Positions 24,546 to 36,366 of a DNA stretch of 64,000 bases are shown piece by piece. The position numbers and the translations under genes were made by a program. Source of the stretch: Spongospora subterranea f. sp. subterranea (lineage: Eukaryota); contig JAUGWO010000027.1 in NCBI GenBank assembly GCA_049724395.1, positions 1 to 64,000 on the forward strand. Direction: 5' to 3'. Under the pieces are notes generated by a model that saw only the letters and a program-made list of their open reading frames with translations, was not told where the DNA came from and searched no databases. Every line of letters starts with the position of its first letter. Within the stretch, counting starts at the first letter, position 1.

Positions 24546-26080
24546 TAACGCCGGCCATTTCCGTAAATCAAGCCACCTATGAACACGCGAATTTAATGGC
24601 GAGGTTCATCGTGTCGTCGTCATGCTAAAAACAATTTGATCATGGCATTGCTGGTCTCATGAGTCCGGGCCAATGGCGACAATTGAGGACCTTTGACGAC
24701 CGATTCCGGGACCAAACACATCGATGTGTAAAGTGCCACTTCTCCAGGGAACAGCTACAGCAGCTTTGCTTAGATTTCATCTGCGGTTTGACCCATAGAG
24801 TTCGCCTCTTGTTCTAAACCCTCAATCATTGCCAACTTTGCGCGTCGAACATTGCAGCGCCACCAGCATTATCGTTTCTCGAAATGCGGTTCTAACAGTG
24901 AACAATCCTTGGAGAGTTATTTCCTGACGTATTTCACAGTTTCCCAATTCATCATCCGCTGCTGATAACGATTTTGTCGTAGAGAATTACAATGTTTTCA
25001 CATTGAGCCGTTCGCCAAAATGACGGTGGGCAGTAAAGTACATAACCCGAAAGACCAAACGAAGTTATCGTGATTCACCTACGTTCATCAAACTGCAATG
25101 GGGACCAGAATCATTAAACGTTCTGTCCGACCGTTGTCGTGTCGGCGCGCGTATCGCCACTAACATTGTTCCGAGAATCGGTTGAAACATTTTCATGGCC
25201 ATCTGTATTGGCTACCAGTACCGGATTCCGATTTTCCGTCTGGCAAAAAGCATTGGGCGTCTACAGCCAGCAGCATTGTTGACAGGATCCAGTATGTCGG
25301 CAATCAAAGATTGAGCCGTCGTACTTTTGAGATTTTTCTTCGGGTCGCTACATCGCTCGTGTGTTGGAAACCCTGACGTTCATTGTGGCCAAACCAACTG
25401 ACACAGGATTGTTTTTACTCTGACTTGGGACATAATCGCCAATTGTAAAATTGACGTCGCGGTTGATCTGTGATATCGACGAGGACGATGCTTCTGCGAG
25501 CGTTGTCTGGAATGGACGATCAGCCGTGGACATCAGTTTTACGATTTGCGATTATGAGCTCTCCGATACTCTCCATCATTCAACTACATTTGTTCAACCA
25601 AGAAAACACCAACGCGACACACGGTGCTGCAATCTCTCGCGCAAAGGAGTTCATTCGCCGATCTTCAGACGCTTCAAACACGGCCGCATCCCACGACCGC
25701 TGACTCAAGGCTGTCACCTTCGCGACGCTTCGACGACTGCAAAAGCGTGTTCCTTTTTCCTGTTGACGATTCCGAACGACACGACGCTCTTTCCAACAGC
25801 CTAAAACTGATGTCATTTGAATACAATATCATCGTTTTGATTCCTGACCCATTTCTCGGCCAATTTCGCCACTGTGAACCAATTTCGCCACAGTCGAAGT
25901 AACATGGATTGGGCTAATTTCGCCTCTGTTACCCAGTGGGGTTTGGACTTGGGAGAGGTCGAGCGGGGTTGCGCCCCTAACAGGCCCCGCCTTGGCGCTG
26001 TCGCGACAGTCGGTACATGATCCAGAGAATCACAACGGGTCCGATCGGGATTGCGCCAAGGGACGGTTCTGAGGCATTTG

Positions 26081-27441
26081 ATGACGGGAGTGGCCAGACA
26101 CGTACCCGTCGTGATCATCGGCGGTGGCCCATCCGGTACTGTATTCGGCCCTGCCCTCGACCCGCGCTGACCCTTGGCGATGCTGATCAGGGCTGACCGC
26201 CGGGATTTACTGTGGGCGAGCGGGCCTGACCCCGATTATCGCTGCTGGATCTGTATCTGGGACGCTGATGCCTGGTGGGCAGTTGATGATCACCACCGAA
26301 GTCTCGAATTTCCCTGGTTTGGATTGGGTTCTAATCGGTTTCCTCCCCAGTTTTTCAAATAATGCGTTTCTCAGGGTTCCCCAACGATGTTACTGGCAGC
26401 GATCTGATCGAGCGTATGTTCGAACAAGCGAAGCGGTTCGACTGCGAAGTTATCGAAGAGTTCGTCACCGAAGTTAAGCTTCAAAACGGCGGCCCTCAAA
26501 ATGTAAATCTCACCCGATGTCCGTGAATTTCAGCATCGTTGTCCTGATTTGTTGAAAACAGGTTCTGATCGGCGGCAACTGGGTCTCGTGCGACGCGTTG
26601 ATTCTGGCGAACGGGGCCAGGGCTCGCTGGATGAACGCACCGGGCGAGAGCGTGTTTGTGAATCGTGGCATTTCCGCATGTGCAACATGTGCGGTTGAAA
26701 ATCGCCAGATTGCCGTTCATAGATTAACTTTGCTAATCCTTCTTCACCTAGGCGATGGGCCACTTCCTCTCTTCCGCGGGAAGCACATCTTTGTGGTCGG
26801 CGGCGGCGATAGCGCTTGTGAAGAGGCGATTTTCCTTACAAAATTCGCCAGCAAGGTCGGGCAGTTATCTGCTGTTTTTTATCGAATTTACCAGTCAGTT
26901 CAGGTATCGATTATTCATCGCCGGGATAAGTTGCGAGCATCAAAAGCGATGGCGACTCGTGCGCTGGAAAATCCCAAGGTTGGTCAAATCGCAGCGGAAC
27001 GGTGTGGGAAGATACTCACAATGTTTCCAGATTGAAGTGCTGTGGAATACCTCCATCGTGTCCTACGTTGGAGACCAGACGCTCTCCGGTATCGTGCTGG
27101 AGAATGTGATCACGAACGAGCAATACACTGTCGAAGCCGGCGGTCTGTTCATGGCGATCGGGCACGATCCCAACACGGCTTACCTGAAAGGATCAGGTTC
27201 GTCCCCGTACCCATTCGTCATTCCCAGCGCTCATTTACCGCCCCTGACAGGAGTGGAACTTGACGACGCCGGCTACATCAAAGTGCACAACGGCGTGTTC
27301 ACCAGCATCGACGGCGTGTTCGCGTCCGGCGATTGCCACGACAAGGTCTTCCGCCAGGCGATTACCGCCGCCGGGTTCGGCTGTATGGCCGCGATCAGTG
27401 CCGAGCGCTGGCTCGAAGAACGCCCTCAAACCCACAAGTAA
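26081..27441 (+). CDS. TRR1: NADPH-dependent thioredoxin reductase (low-MW TrxB/NTR type), multi-exon
   Basis: [35 protein letters not shown] (second Cys codon split by an intron), [40 protein letters not shown]. The start may lie further upstream. Confidence 0.93.
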
Positions 27442-27623
27442 TCCCACTTTCCCCCCGAAATTTATCGCATCATTTTCGACGCCAGAAAAAAAATACAAAT
27501 ATAAATTCATTGTCTGTTTATCAATGGCGATCCCAATCAAAATTCCAACGAAAACCATCACGTGCTGTCGGCGATTGAGGCCGTGCGCGACAGTTCCAGC
27601 GGCCGTTTCGGCTCATTTCGATA

Positions 27624-28484
27624 ATGAACGGGTTTTTAGAAAGATTGACGCACGACGACGGGGACGGGGCGGTCGTGACCCTGATCTCGGGCGACCACGA
27701 GTCGAGCCGCAGCCACGTCGTGTTCGTGCCGGGCCTGCTGGACGGCCTGCTGTCGTGCTGGCCCTACGTGGGCCCGGCCCTGCAGGCGCGCCTGCCGCCG
27801 GCCACGTCCCTGGTCCAGTGCTCGCTGCGGTCGTCGGGCGCCGCGTTCGGCTCGTACGAGGTCGCCGACGACGCGCGCGACATGGCCCTGGTCGTCCGCC
27901 ACCTGGTTCACCGCCACCGCTCCCGATCCATCATCCTGATGGGCCACTCGACCGGCTGCCAGGACTGCATCCGCTTCCTGCGCGATCATTACTGCGATTT
28001 CGCCAACGTGATCAGGGGCGTCGTGTTCCAGGCGCCCGTCTCGGACCGGCTTTACATTGAGAACCTGGTCCCCGGCGCTGAGAAGCACATCGCCCTGGCC
28101 CTGGACATGGTCGACGCGGGGCGGGCGCGAGAGTTCATGCCGCGTGCGACGCTGTTCGATTGCGCCATCACGGCGGGGCGATTCGCGTCGATGACGAACC
28201 GCCTGACGGACGACGACCCGTTCAGCGACGACCTGACCGACTCGGAGCTGGTCGTGGGCCTGGGCCATATCGCCATCCCGTCGCTGTGGGCGTTCTCGAT
28301 GGCCGACGAGTATGTGCCGGAGCGGGTGGTCGACCAGCGCCGCCTTAGTGAGCGCATCGCCCGCCTCGTCCCCGACAGTCGCGCCGTGCTTCTGGATGGC
28401 GCCAACCACGACCTGTCGTCGTCCCCCGATCACGCTCGGCAGTTCGTTGATTCCCTGGTTGAATTCATCGCCCGTCATCAATAA
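27624..28484 (+). CDS. DUF1749/UPF0613-type alpha/beta hydrolase, intronless
   Basis: FVPGLLDG, nucleophile elbow LMGHSTGCQD, QAPVSDR, DDPFSDDL, DEYVP, GANHDL. Confidence 0.88.
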   Translation: MNGFLERLTHDDGDGAVVTLISGDHESSRSHVVFVPGLLDGLLSCWPYVGPALQARLPPATSLVQCSLRSSGAAFGSYEVADDARDMALVVRHLVHRHRSRSIILMGHSTGCQDCIRFLRDHYCDFANVIRGVVFQAPVSDRLYIENLVPGAEKHIALALDMVDAGRAREFMPRATLFDCAITAGRFASMTNRLTDDDPFSDDLTDSELVVGLGHIAIPSLWAFSMADEYVPERVVDQRRLSERIARLVPDSRAVLLDGANHDLSSSPDHARQFVDSLVEFIARHQ

Positions 28485-28575
28485 TTCCCGCCACGACATT
28501 TACCCAAATCCCCAACGACATTTCCAAATAAACCTCTCCTGAATTTATCGTTCTCTATGGTGATTGTTTGTATTT

Positions 28576-30791
28576 TCACGGTTTACACCTCTTATTACCA
28601 TTGGTCGCCGTCCCTCGCTTGCGGTTCGGTTTCTGGGCCTTCTTTGGAACCCGCTTTTTGTCGCCATTGCCGACACAACGCGCCGCCCCCGGGGTCGTCG
28701 GCGTATCTGATCCTTTTTGGCAGCTGGACTCCATCTCGTCGATCGTCTGGATTATCGTCTTCAGATTCGCGTCGTGATCGATTCGCTCGGGACAGCCCGT
28801 TCCATCGGCCACACCAACGGGTTTCGGGCGACCCAATCCATCGCCACGTTCCGTTGCACTGCTCGACGGCGCCGTCACTGACTTGATATTGATCGGTCGA
28901 TCATCGCCCGCGCTTCTCCATTTCGACAGCAATCCCATCCAGGCCGGACGTCGTTGCTGGACCGAATCGGCATCATCATCGTCGCTACTGTCGTCGTCCT
29001 CGTCGTCGTCCCTTTGTCTACATCATTTCAACTCCGATAGCCGCGAATTCGAAAAACAACAAACGATTACGGGATTTTGGAACGAGACGCGATCCGTCTC
29101 GATTCATGAACATGATCGGAATTGCCCTGGTTCGGCTCCCGATCGCGTCGCCGTGCCTCGACCGGACCTTGTTGCCCATCCGCCTGGCGCTTCTGTTGAT
29201 CGACCGCATCGGCCAGGCGCTGAACCTATCCAGCAAGTCGGGTGTCGACGATCGCCGCTGGAGAACCATGAAAACGGAATTACCTGGCGCTCCGTATTGC
29301 TGATCAACGTCGCCATGGCCTTCTCGCGCTCCAACAGCTCGTGACGAATGTCCTTCTCTAACGGCAAATTCTGTCGGACGATCTCGGACAGATCACCGAT
29401 CTTGTCCATGGCTTCGCGTCGATGCAGTTCGATCTGCGGTGCCCGATCAGGGTTTGTCGGTTTTCAGAATTCGCATTCGCTGACCTTGTTCAGGGCGTCT
29501 CGCGCCAATCGCGTACAGATTTGTTCGGCGTTTCGCGACCGGGCGTCAATGGCGCTGACCAGGTCTTCACGATCGCGTTCCGCCCTCTCCTAACTCGCCA
29601 AAACAAAACAACAATCAGGCGCCAATCGCCGCCTCAGCGAGTGGAAATACCGACCATGGACGAGACCTTCTCGTTTAGCGACGACAGATGGGATACGATT
29701 CCTGGACGAAGCGACGTGATCTGAACCAGAACAAAAAATCACCAAATCAGAAAAACAACAACGCGAATCCGCGTGGACCTGCTCTTGGAGCTTCGACAGT
29801 TTCTGGAACTGGAGATCGCGATGATCGCGAACCTGTTCGGCCTTGATCTGAGGGGGAACGAACGAGTCAGATCACGAATTCCGGTGCACGGAGGGGGTGA
29901 ACCTGTTCCCGCACGTTGCCCATGATCTCGTGCCTGACCGCGTTCATCCTGGCCACGACCTCGGCCGAATGCTGCTGCAGGGCGGAGGTGATCCTCGTCT
30001 CTGTGCTTTGGCACATCGCCCTGACCTCATCCCGCTCTATCGCCAGCGCCGATCGGCACGTCCTTTCCGACGCTCTGTTCCGTCATTTGCTCAGAAACCG
30101 GCGACAATCTCCAAAAAACCCCGTTTTCTCACGTCTGGGATTGCATCAACTGTTCGATGCGCTTTTCCACAATGGTGTTGATCTTGTTCTCAATACCGTC
30201 TGGCGTCGACGTCAACGACGCCATTTTCGCCTTCACAATCTGGTAAACCTAAATGGGATTGTCGGTTGGCCAGACGAACGTGAATATCGACAGAAAAATC
30301 GGTCCCGAACCTGCGTTTCGATATCGGGAATATCAATTAGAACCTGTTTGATTTGCGATTCGACATTCTTGCACCGATTTTCCAGCGCTTCTGTTCGATC
30401 GTTCAGCGTCCTGTTCTCGGATTCGGTCCGATCGTTCAGGCGGGCGCCATCAGCGAACCCGATCTGCATTTCTTGCGACAGCTACGAGAAAAACGCCCAG
30501 GGCGTCATCGGGCTGACCGTTGGCGGAACACACTTTTACCGATTGTAATCGCGACTCGACACGAATCGTGTGATCCTCGATCTGCTGTATTCGATCGGCG
30601 AACGCCTGGACGGCCATGCACGAGGCGTTCACACGATCGAGCTGCGTTTCCAGATAGGTCATGTAGGCGGATCTATCGGTCAATAGGTTGGGGATCGATG
30701 ATCCACCGCCAACACCCATCCGGCCATGAACCTGGCTCAACTGTTTCTGTCGTTCATATTCTTGAGCGTATCCCACTGTTTTGCCCATCAT
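28576..30791 (-). CDS. Multi-exon coiled-coil hypothetical protein
   Basis: Series of minus-strand heptad-rich exons (30450-30791, 30233-30469, 29104-29409 and others) separated by short GT-AG introns, with acidic and basic C-terminal tracts. Ends approximate. Confidence 0.6.
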
Positions 30792-31792
30792 CGCCGTTTT
30801 TTGTTTTCAGCCCTGGCCCTTCTGGCGTCGTCGTCAATACCCGGATTTCCTTCCAACGTCTTCCGATCAGTCAGGGGCTGTGACCGGTCCTTGACCAGGT
30901 GGTGGCATTATCGCCATGGTGGTGGTCGGGCAGATCCAGATGGGATATCGGACGCCCAGATGAGAGGTTATGTCAACGAACAATGCAGCGACTTGAGTCG
31001 ATCGGTTGACAGCCCCCTGGCTCCACCGAACCCTCAGATCGAGTTTTGTAGCCCAATCTACCACAGGAGTGTGTGCCGCATTAGATCACACCTGTAAAAC
31101 CCCTGCCATTTAACAAAACACCTTGTTTGGAATATGGCCAAACGATTGCATGTATTGTTAGATGATTAAGTGCAAACTTTCACAGTGGGTTTGGCGAATG
31201 CCATTTCAGAATTATCGCCGGGACGGGTTGCAGTACAGTTTTCAGCAGGTTTGCAAACCCTGGAATGGGCGGGAATAGGGTGTCACTGAATTATGATCCA
31301 GATTGGGTATTCCAAGGGACAATCGGCAGCGTTAGAGCCCCCCCCCCCAGCATTGATCGCCTTCTGTATTTTCCCGTGCCCTGACACTCCACCTTATGGC
31401 CAATCTGGAATATGTATTACTACTGTAATACACGAATGGCCCAAATGCATCTTGTTGCTGGTGTGGCCAACTGTGGCGCAACAATACGATGTGGCTATAA
31501 TTTGAAATGCCATCACATCCCATACAATATTCGCTAGAATTACAATCTGTTTTCAACACCCATGTTTCGTTTATGCGCCCTCCGAATATGTGTGCCGTTG
31601 TACAATAACAATTGCCCTAACACGATGCACAAACTCTAGGCAGCCATGTACTGTTGTGTGTAGAATGACCATCAACGTGTTGGCAAATGGGCATAGAGGG
31701 CTGCGCAGTGTACATACAAGCAACTGGCTCTCGGTTCTCGATCGATTCTACCAGATCGTCGGTCGAATTTCCTCCCAGAGGACGGCGGGCGG

Positions 31793-32582
31793 ATGGTCAA
31801 TGGCACTCCCTCAGTAAAGTTTCGAGGCCGTAGAAAGGTGCCACCTAGGGAGTCGTTCGCAGAAACACTCGGTGCTGTTCAGGATGATGCGGCTGCAGAG
31901 GTCCAGGGTGAACGTCCATTCATATCTATTCGTTGAAGCGTACGAAATCTTTAGGTTGAACGAGCTCTGCATATTCGGACGATACAGCGCATCCGTCAGC
32001 GGGCGCTAACGCAGCCGACGGAGATCGAGTCAACAGAAGCTAGCAACGACATTGGACTAAAAATATTGGGACATTCTTTTCAGTTGACAAAAAGGGGAGG
32101 AAGCCGTATCCGTCAATGTGCACATGGAGAAATACGTCCAGGAGCGACTAGCTGCGCATGGGAAAGGGATAACATTGGACAAAGATATGGCGCAGGAGGA
32201 GGAGGAGGCTGAAATCAGAAAAAGGAAGAAACTTGGAGCCTGCTCCAGTGCGGAATTTGCCATGGGAATACAGGAATACGACCTACCCCTCGAGGATCGA
32301 ATCAGAAATATTGAGGCGACGGAAGCGGCTAAGAGAGAAGCAATGAAAAAGGCTGCAACTGATGCGTGTCCTCCAAATCCAAATATCGACGAAGCGCTGT
32401 TGCCCAGTAATCTTGCGTCGAATTTCCATAGTTTCCAAGATACATCAGGTCAATCGCGGTCATCATCTGATGGAGATAATATTGCTAATTGTTGAACAGA
32501 GACCATTGCCGAGTCCACTGCCGCATCTGACGACGCTGTGTTTCAACAATTTCGAAAGCGATATAAGCAAAATGCCAGATGA
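31793..32582 (+). CDS. C9orf78/TLS1-like splicing factor (Hep_59 family), multi-exon
   Basis: 'HMEKYVQERL', 'GIQEYDLPLEDRIRNIEATEAAK' and C-terminal 'ASDDAVFQQFRKR'. Confidence 0.82.
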
Positions 32583-32590
32583 GAAGTTTT

Positions 32591-34335
32591 TCAATGTAGA
32601 ATATATGAAACGAATATTAAACATGCAAGAATGAATATAGCCATAGAAAACATAGTCCTAAATGGCTTCGAAGTTTGTTTAAAGCAGGGAAGAGCATTCT
32701 TGTCCCATGATTCATCCCAGCGAACAGAAGCAAACTCAGCTACCCCTTTCTGCATTGTTGATAACTGTTTGCAAACAGGGAATTCGCTAAGAAGATCCTA
32801 AATTACACCACTATGAGAGATGCCAAGACCAAGGTTAAGTTGTTTAACCTGAAGCTGTTCCTTGAGTTCGGTGCTGGTCGAAAACACCAGCCCGTTTTTC
32901 TTATGAACAAGTAGCTCATTCAGACTATGTAAGCATTATTTCACAGTTGAAATCAAATACAAATTAACACACCAATTAAAATTTACAGCGCAAACAGGAA
33001 GACCGCTGCCAAACATGTCCACGACCTTCATCGGGAGGTCTAATCCAGAAGATGAGGTGTGCAAACTAATTCCTAAATCAGAGCATCCTAATATTCGAGG
33101 ATAGTCTTCGGCACGAAGCCAAACTTGGATGATTCGAACTCTTGTTAACCTTAGTCTCGACATTGCTTGTGCAAAATATTCTTTCAATGGGCCTTTTCCA
33201 GTTATGACTACTGCGAGCTTTGGGGCAGTGTCGGAGGCTTCTTTATCATAGGCTGCAAGGCAATCCAAAAGCATTTGAAAATCCTCATCTGGGCTGTAGC
33301 TGGTCGAAGAGATGATAAGCACAGGTCTATCAGAGAGGTATTTAATGGAACCATCAGGAAGCTGTTGGGTTAACAGCGTCTTGGAAGCATCTTCAGGAAG
33401 CCAGTCAGACATGCCTTTTAGCATTCCTGACTTTTGTATTGACAGGTAAAACTAAGAGAAGAGTGTTAGTAGACCCATAAGCTGTCGCAATGCTCGAAAC
33501 TACCGAGTGTATTTCTGGCAAGGTCAAACGGCGAAATCTTTCTGGAGCCCGATCATGCAGAACAACGGCGTTGATTTGCCAGACGGTTTTGAGTTCATTT
33601 TGCATGGCTGTCGTGACGCAAAGATTCTGGTCAGCCATGCGGCCTGAGATTCTTTCATACCTGCACACAAATTCGTGAGCCATGGACCCATTTGAAAATC
33701 ATAATAAGGATTTAACCAATAGGCGATTTGCACATAGATATGCGAACGGCCAAGCCGTAATCCTGTATATTTGATTAAACACAACATATTGTGAGCAATT
33801 GTTGTATACCGAGAATTGTATAACCAAAATTGTGCCAATCAATTATTAGGACAGAGCCTGTGAAAAGTGACGCCAATTTGCAAATAATTAAAGAGGGAAT
33901 GGAAGGTGGGTTCTAAGATCACGTCAGGACGATAAAAATCGAAAACACCAAGTACCTGAACAAGTATAATTTCTGGCGTACGTATCAGGCAAAAAAGGGT
34001 TATGAACAACGCCAACGACTCATAGAGTACTCTAAAAGGCAGTAGCGCGAGAAATAATAGACGCGATTTTGGTCGAAACTTCCATTCATGGAGATGTCGA
34101 ATACTGATGTCATCTGTGGCTAAAATTTCATCCATCGGTGACGACCTAGGAAGCCGGTTTGATCCACGACGAACATCGGGGGCATTTTGCCGAGACGTTT
34201 TTACCCGGGATAGCCGATGATCGAGACCTCGGCCCCATGACTGGCCAGCGACAGCGAATGGTACTGCATGCGCGGGCTCCGGCCGATATCGCCCAGGACG
34301 ACGACGGCGACGGGTTTCCCCTGCAGCTCCGTCAT
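32591..34335 (-). CDS. ALG1: Chitobiosyldiphosphodolichol beta-1,4-mannosyltransferase, multi-exon
   Basis: '[21 protein letters not shown]', '[11 protein letters not shown]', 'ITGKGPLKE', '[19 protein letters not shown]'. Confidence 0.95.
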
Positions 34336-34390
34336 TGATCCGATTTGTTTTCACTATCAGGAGCAGGTTCTCAGTACATTTCATTCACCG

Positions 34391-34439
34391 ACACACACAC
34401 ACACACACACATCCCACGTTACACACACACACACACACA
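34391..34439. repeat. Compound (CA)n microsatellite upstream of ALG1
   Basis: Two AC runs separated by ATCCCACGTT. Confidence 0.9.
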
Positions 34440-36366
34440 GACATTGGCCCAACGTGGCCTGTGTATGTGGTAACAGCATCCGTGTACCCAAAACATCACT
34501 CACCGCATACTCTCTCTCAGTTCCGATCCCTGAAACGTGGGGGCGTACTGGCCATGGCGCTGATCCCCCGATTCAACCCCGTTGGCGTTTGGGGCCTTCT
34601 TGAGAGGTACTTAGACAATACACGAGGTTGTTGAACTCAGAACCCGGGTTTTTAAAGCTGTGTGACATCCCCTTCCAAAGTCATCACATTGGGCCGTCTT
34701 TGACTTTATGACCCCTAAAAAGGTATCCCAAGACCCGATTCCTAAAACGAAAAACTGAAAAAAACCCTAAACCAGAAGCGCAGTGTGAAAACAGGCACAT
34801 CGTGAGAACAGGCGCAATGTGACGCCATACGAGATACCCGACAACCCTATAACACACACAGTGTAATCACAGGCAAATTATGCCGGCAGGCTTGGGGAAA
34901 ACCTACAGAAACACAATGTGAGCAACGTCACTTTTTGCTGGTTGGGATTATCCATCGCACGGGCTTTCGAAATCATCATCGGTATCTGCTCCCGAAAGTT
35001 CGTTTGATGTGTTCGCACAAGGAAGCGGTAATTCACAGATCAAACGACCAGCAACTGGGGAACTTGCTCGATCAACAAATCAAGGACTCCAGTTTGAAAA
35101 AAAAATCACTCTTCAACTATTCATTCATGTGGCTTTTTAGCCATATTTGTCGGTTGCTTTCGCAAATCCACGGAAAAACGGAGTTCGGTTTGGGAAAACC
35201 ACAATCGCTTTACAAGGAGTCCAATAATGTGGCTCTTGTGTCAGGTTTGGTCTTGTGAGTGGTCCGAAAATTGTGATCCATTTTACAGACGCGGTTCAAC
35301 GTCGAAAATTCACCCGACGGACGTCCAATTGGAGATACCAGACCTTCCGAGGTTAGGTTCGACAGAAGTCCAGCGGTACTCAAAACGCCAACGGGTAAAT
35401 GGCCCGATAACGATTACCAACCGGTTCCTTGTCGAACGGCTGCGTCGAGAGAGAAGGCAGTCGTGGTCCAGCCCAACAACTTTAGTTTTTGTTTGGCATC
35501 GAACCATTTCCACCCATTTGCTGTCTCGGCAGCGTCATCCGATTTGATACGTGCTGTTTGAAAAATGCTGCTTAACTACAGTGCTATTCGGAAACACGCA
35601 ACCAAGAACGCCATATGGGCCGCAATTGGTATTCTCCGACCTCGATACATCTGGATTTGATACGAGATGACAAAAAATCCCTTTTCACAGGATCAACATA
35701 TATAGTTTCTACTAGGATAACGACAACATCGGATACTGTCTTCTCGTATTAAATCCAGACGACATCAAGGTTGAAGAATACCTTTTGCGGTTATATGGCG
35801 TTCTTAGTTGTAAATTTGGTGTGGCGTTTTCGTAAATAGCATTATTGCTGAGCAGTTGCTTGAAATGGGGATGTTAGACAAGAAGGACATTTGTTTAACA
35901 GAGCACATATCAAATCGGGTTATCTTAACAAAAAGCAATCATTGATATTGTGAGCTCGTCAGTGTTTCCAACGCATATGCTATCCCGGTTTGGGTTGCGT
36001 TGGGATAACTGCCGACGTTGACGTCTTCTGTAACCAAGAAGAAAGTCGTGGACCACGAGGCCAACGATGAGTTATCTGTGTACTGTCGCGAACTTCGTTA
36101 TTCTATTCCTTTCCTTCGTGCCGGTTGCGCTTGAGATCATCCTGATCGTTCATCGAATAGGTTCCGCCTCGGCCTCTGTTCACTGCGGCCCGCCTTTTCC
36201 TGGCGAGAACCAGATCCATCTCTACCAGGCAACATGCTGCCTTCTGTCAATCCAGCAATCCGCATCGCCGGGCTAGTCAACATTGGCTACTTTGAGGTCG
36301 TACTTGGAATTAGGGCTTTACATTTTTTTTCAGTGAACTAGGCTCCAAATACCGATAAAATCACAC

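Noticed and set aside
23000..25900. Scattered 60-120 aa ORFs around the RT fragment
   Set aside because: No coherent exon structure or motifs identified.
27260..28499. Overlapping 266-aa (+) and 287-aa (-) ORFs
   Set aside because: By-products of high GC3 in the hydrolase gene; no recognisable motifs.
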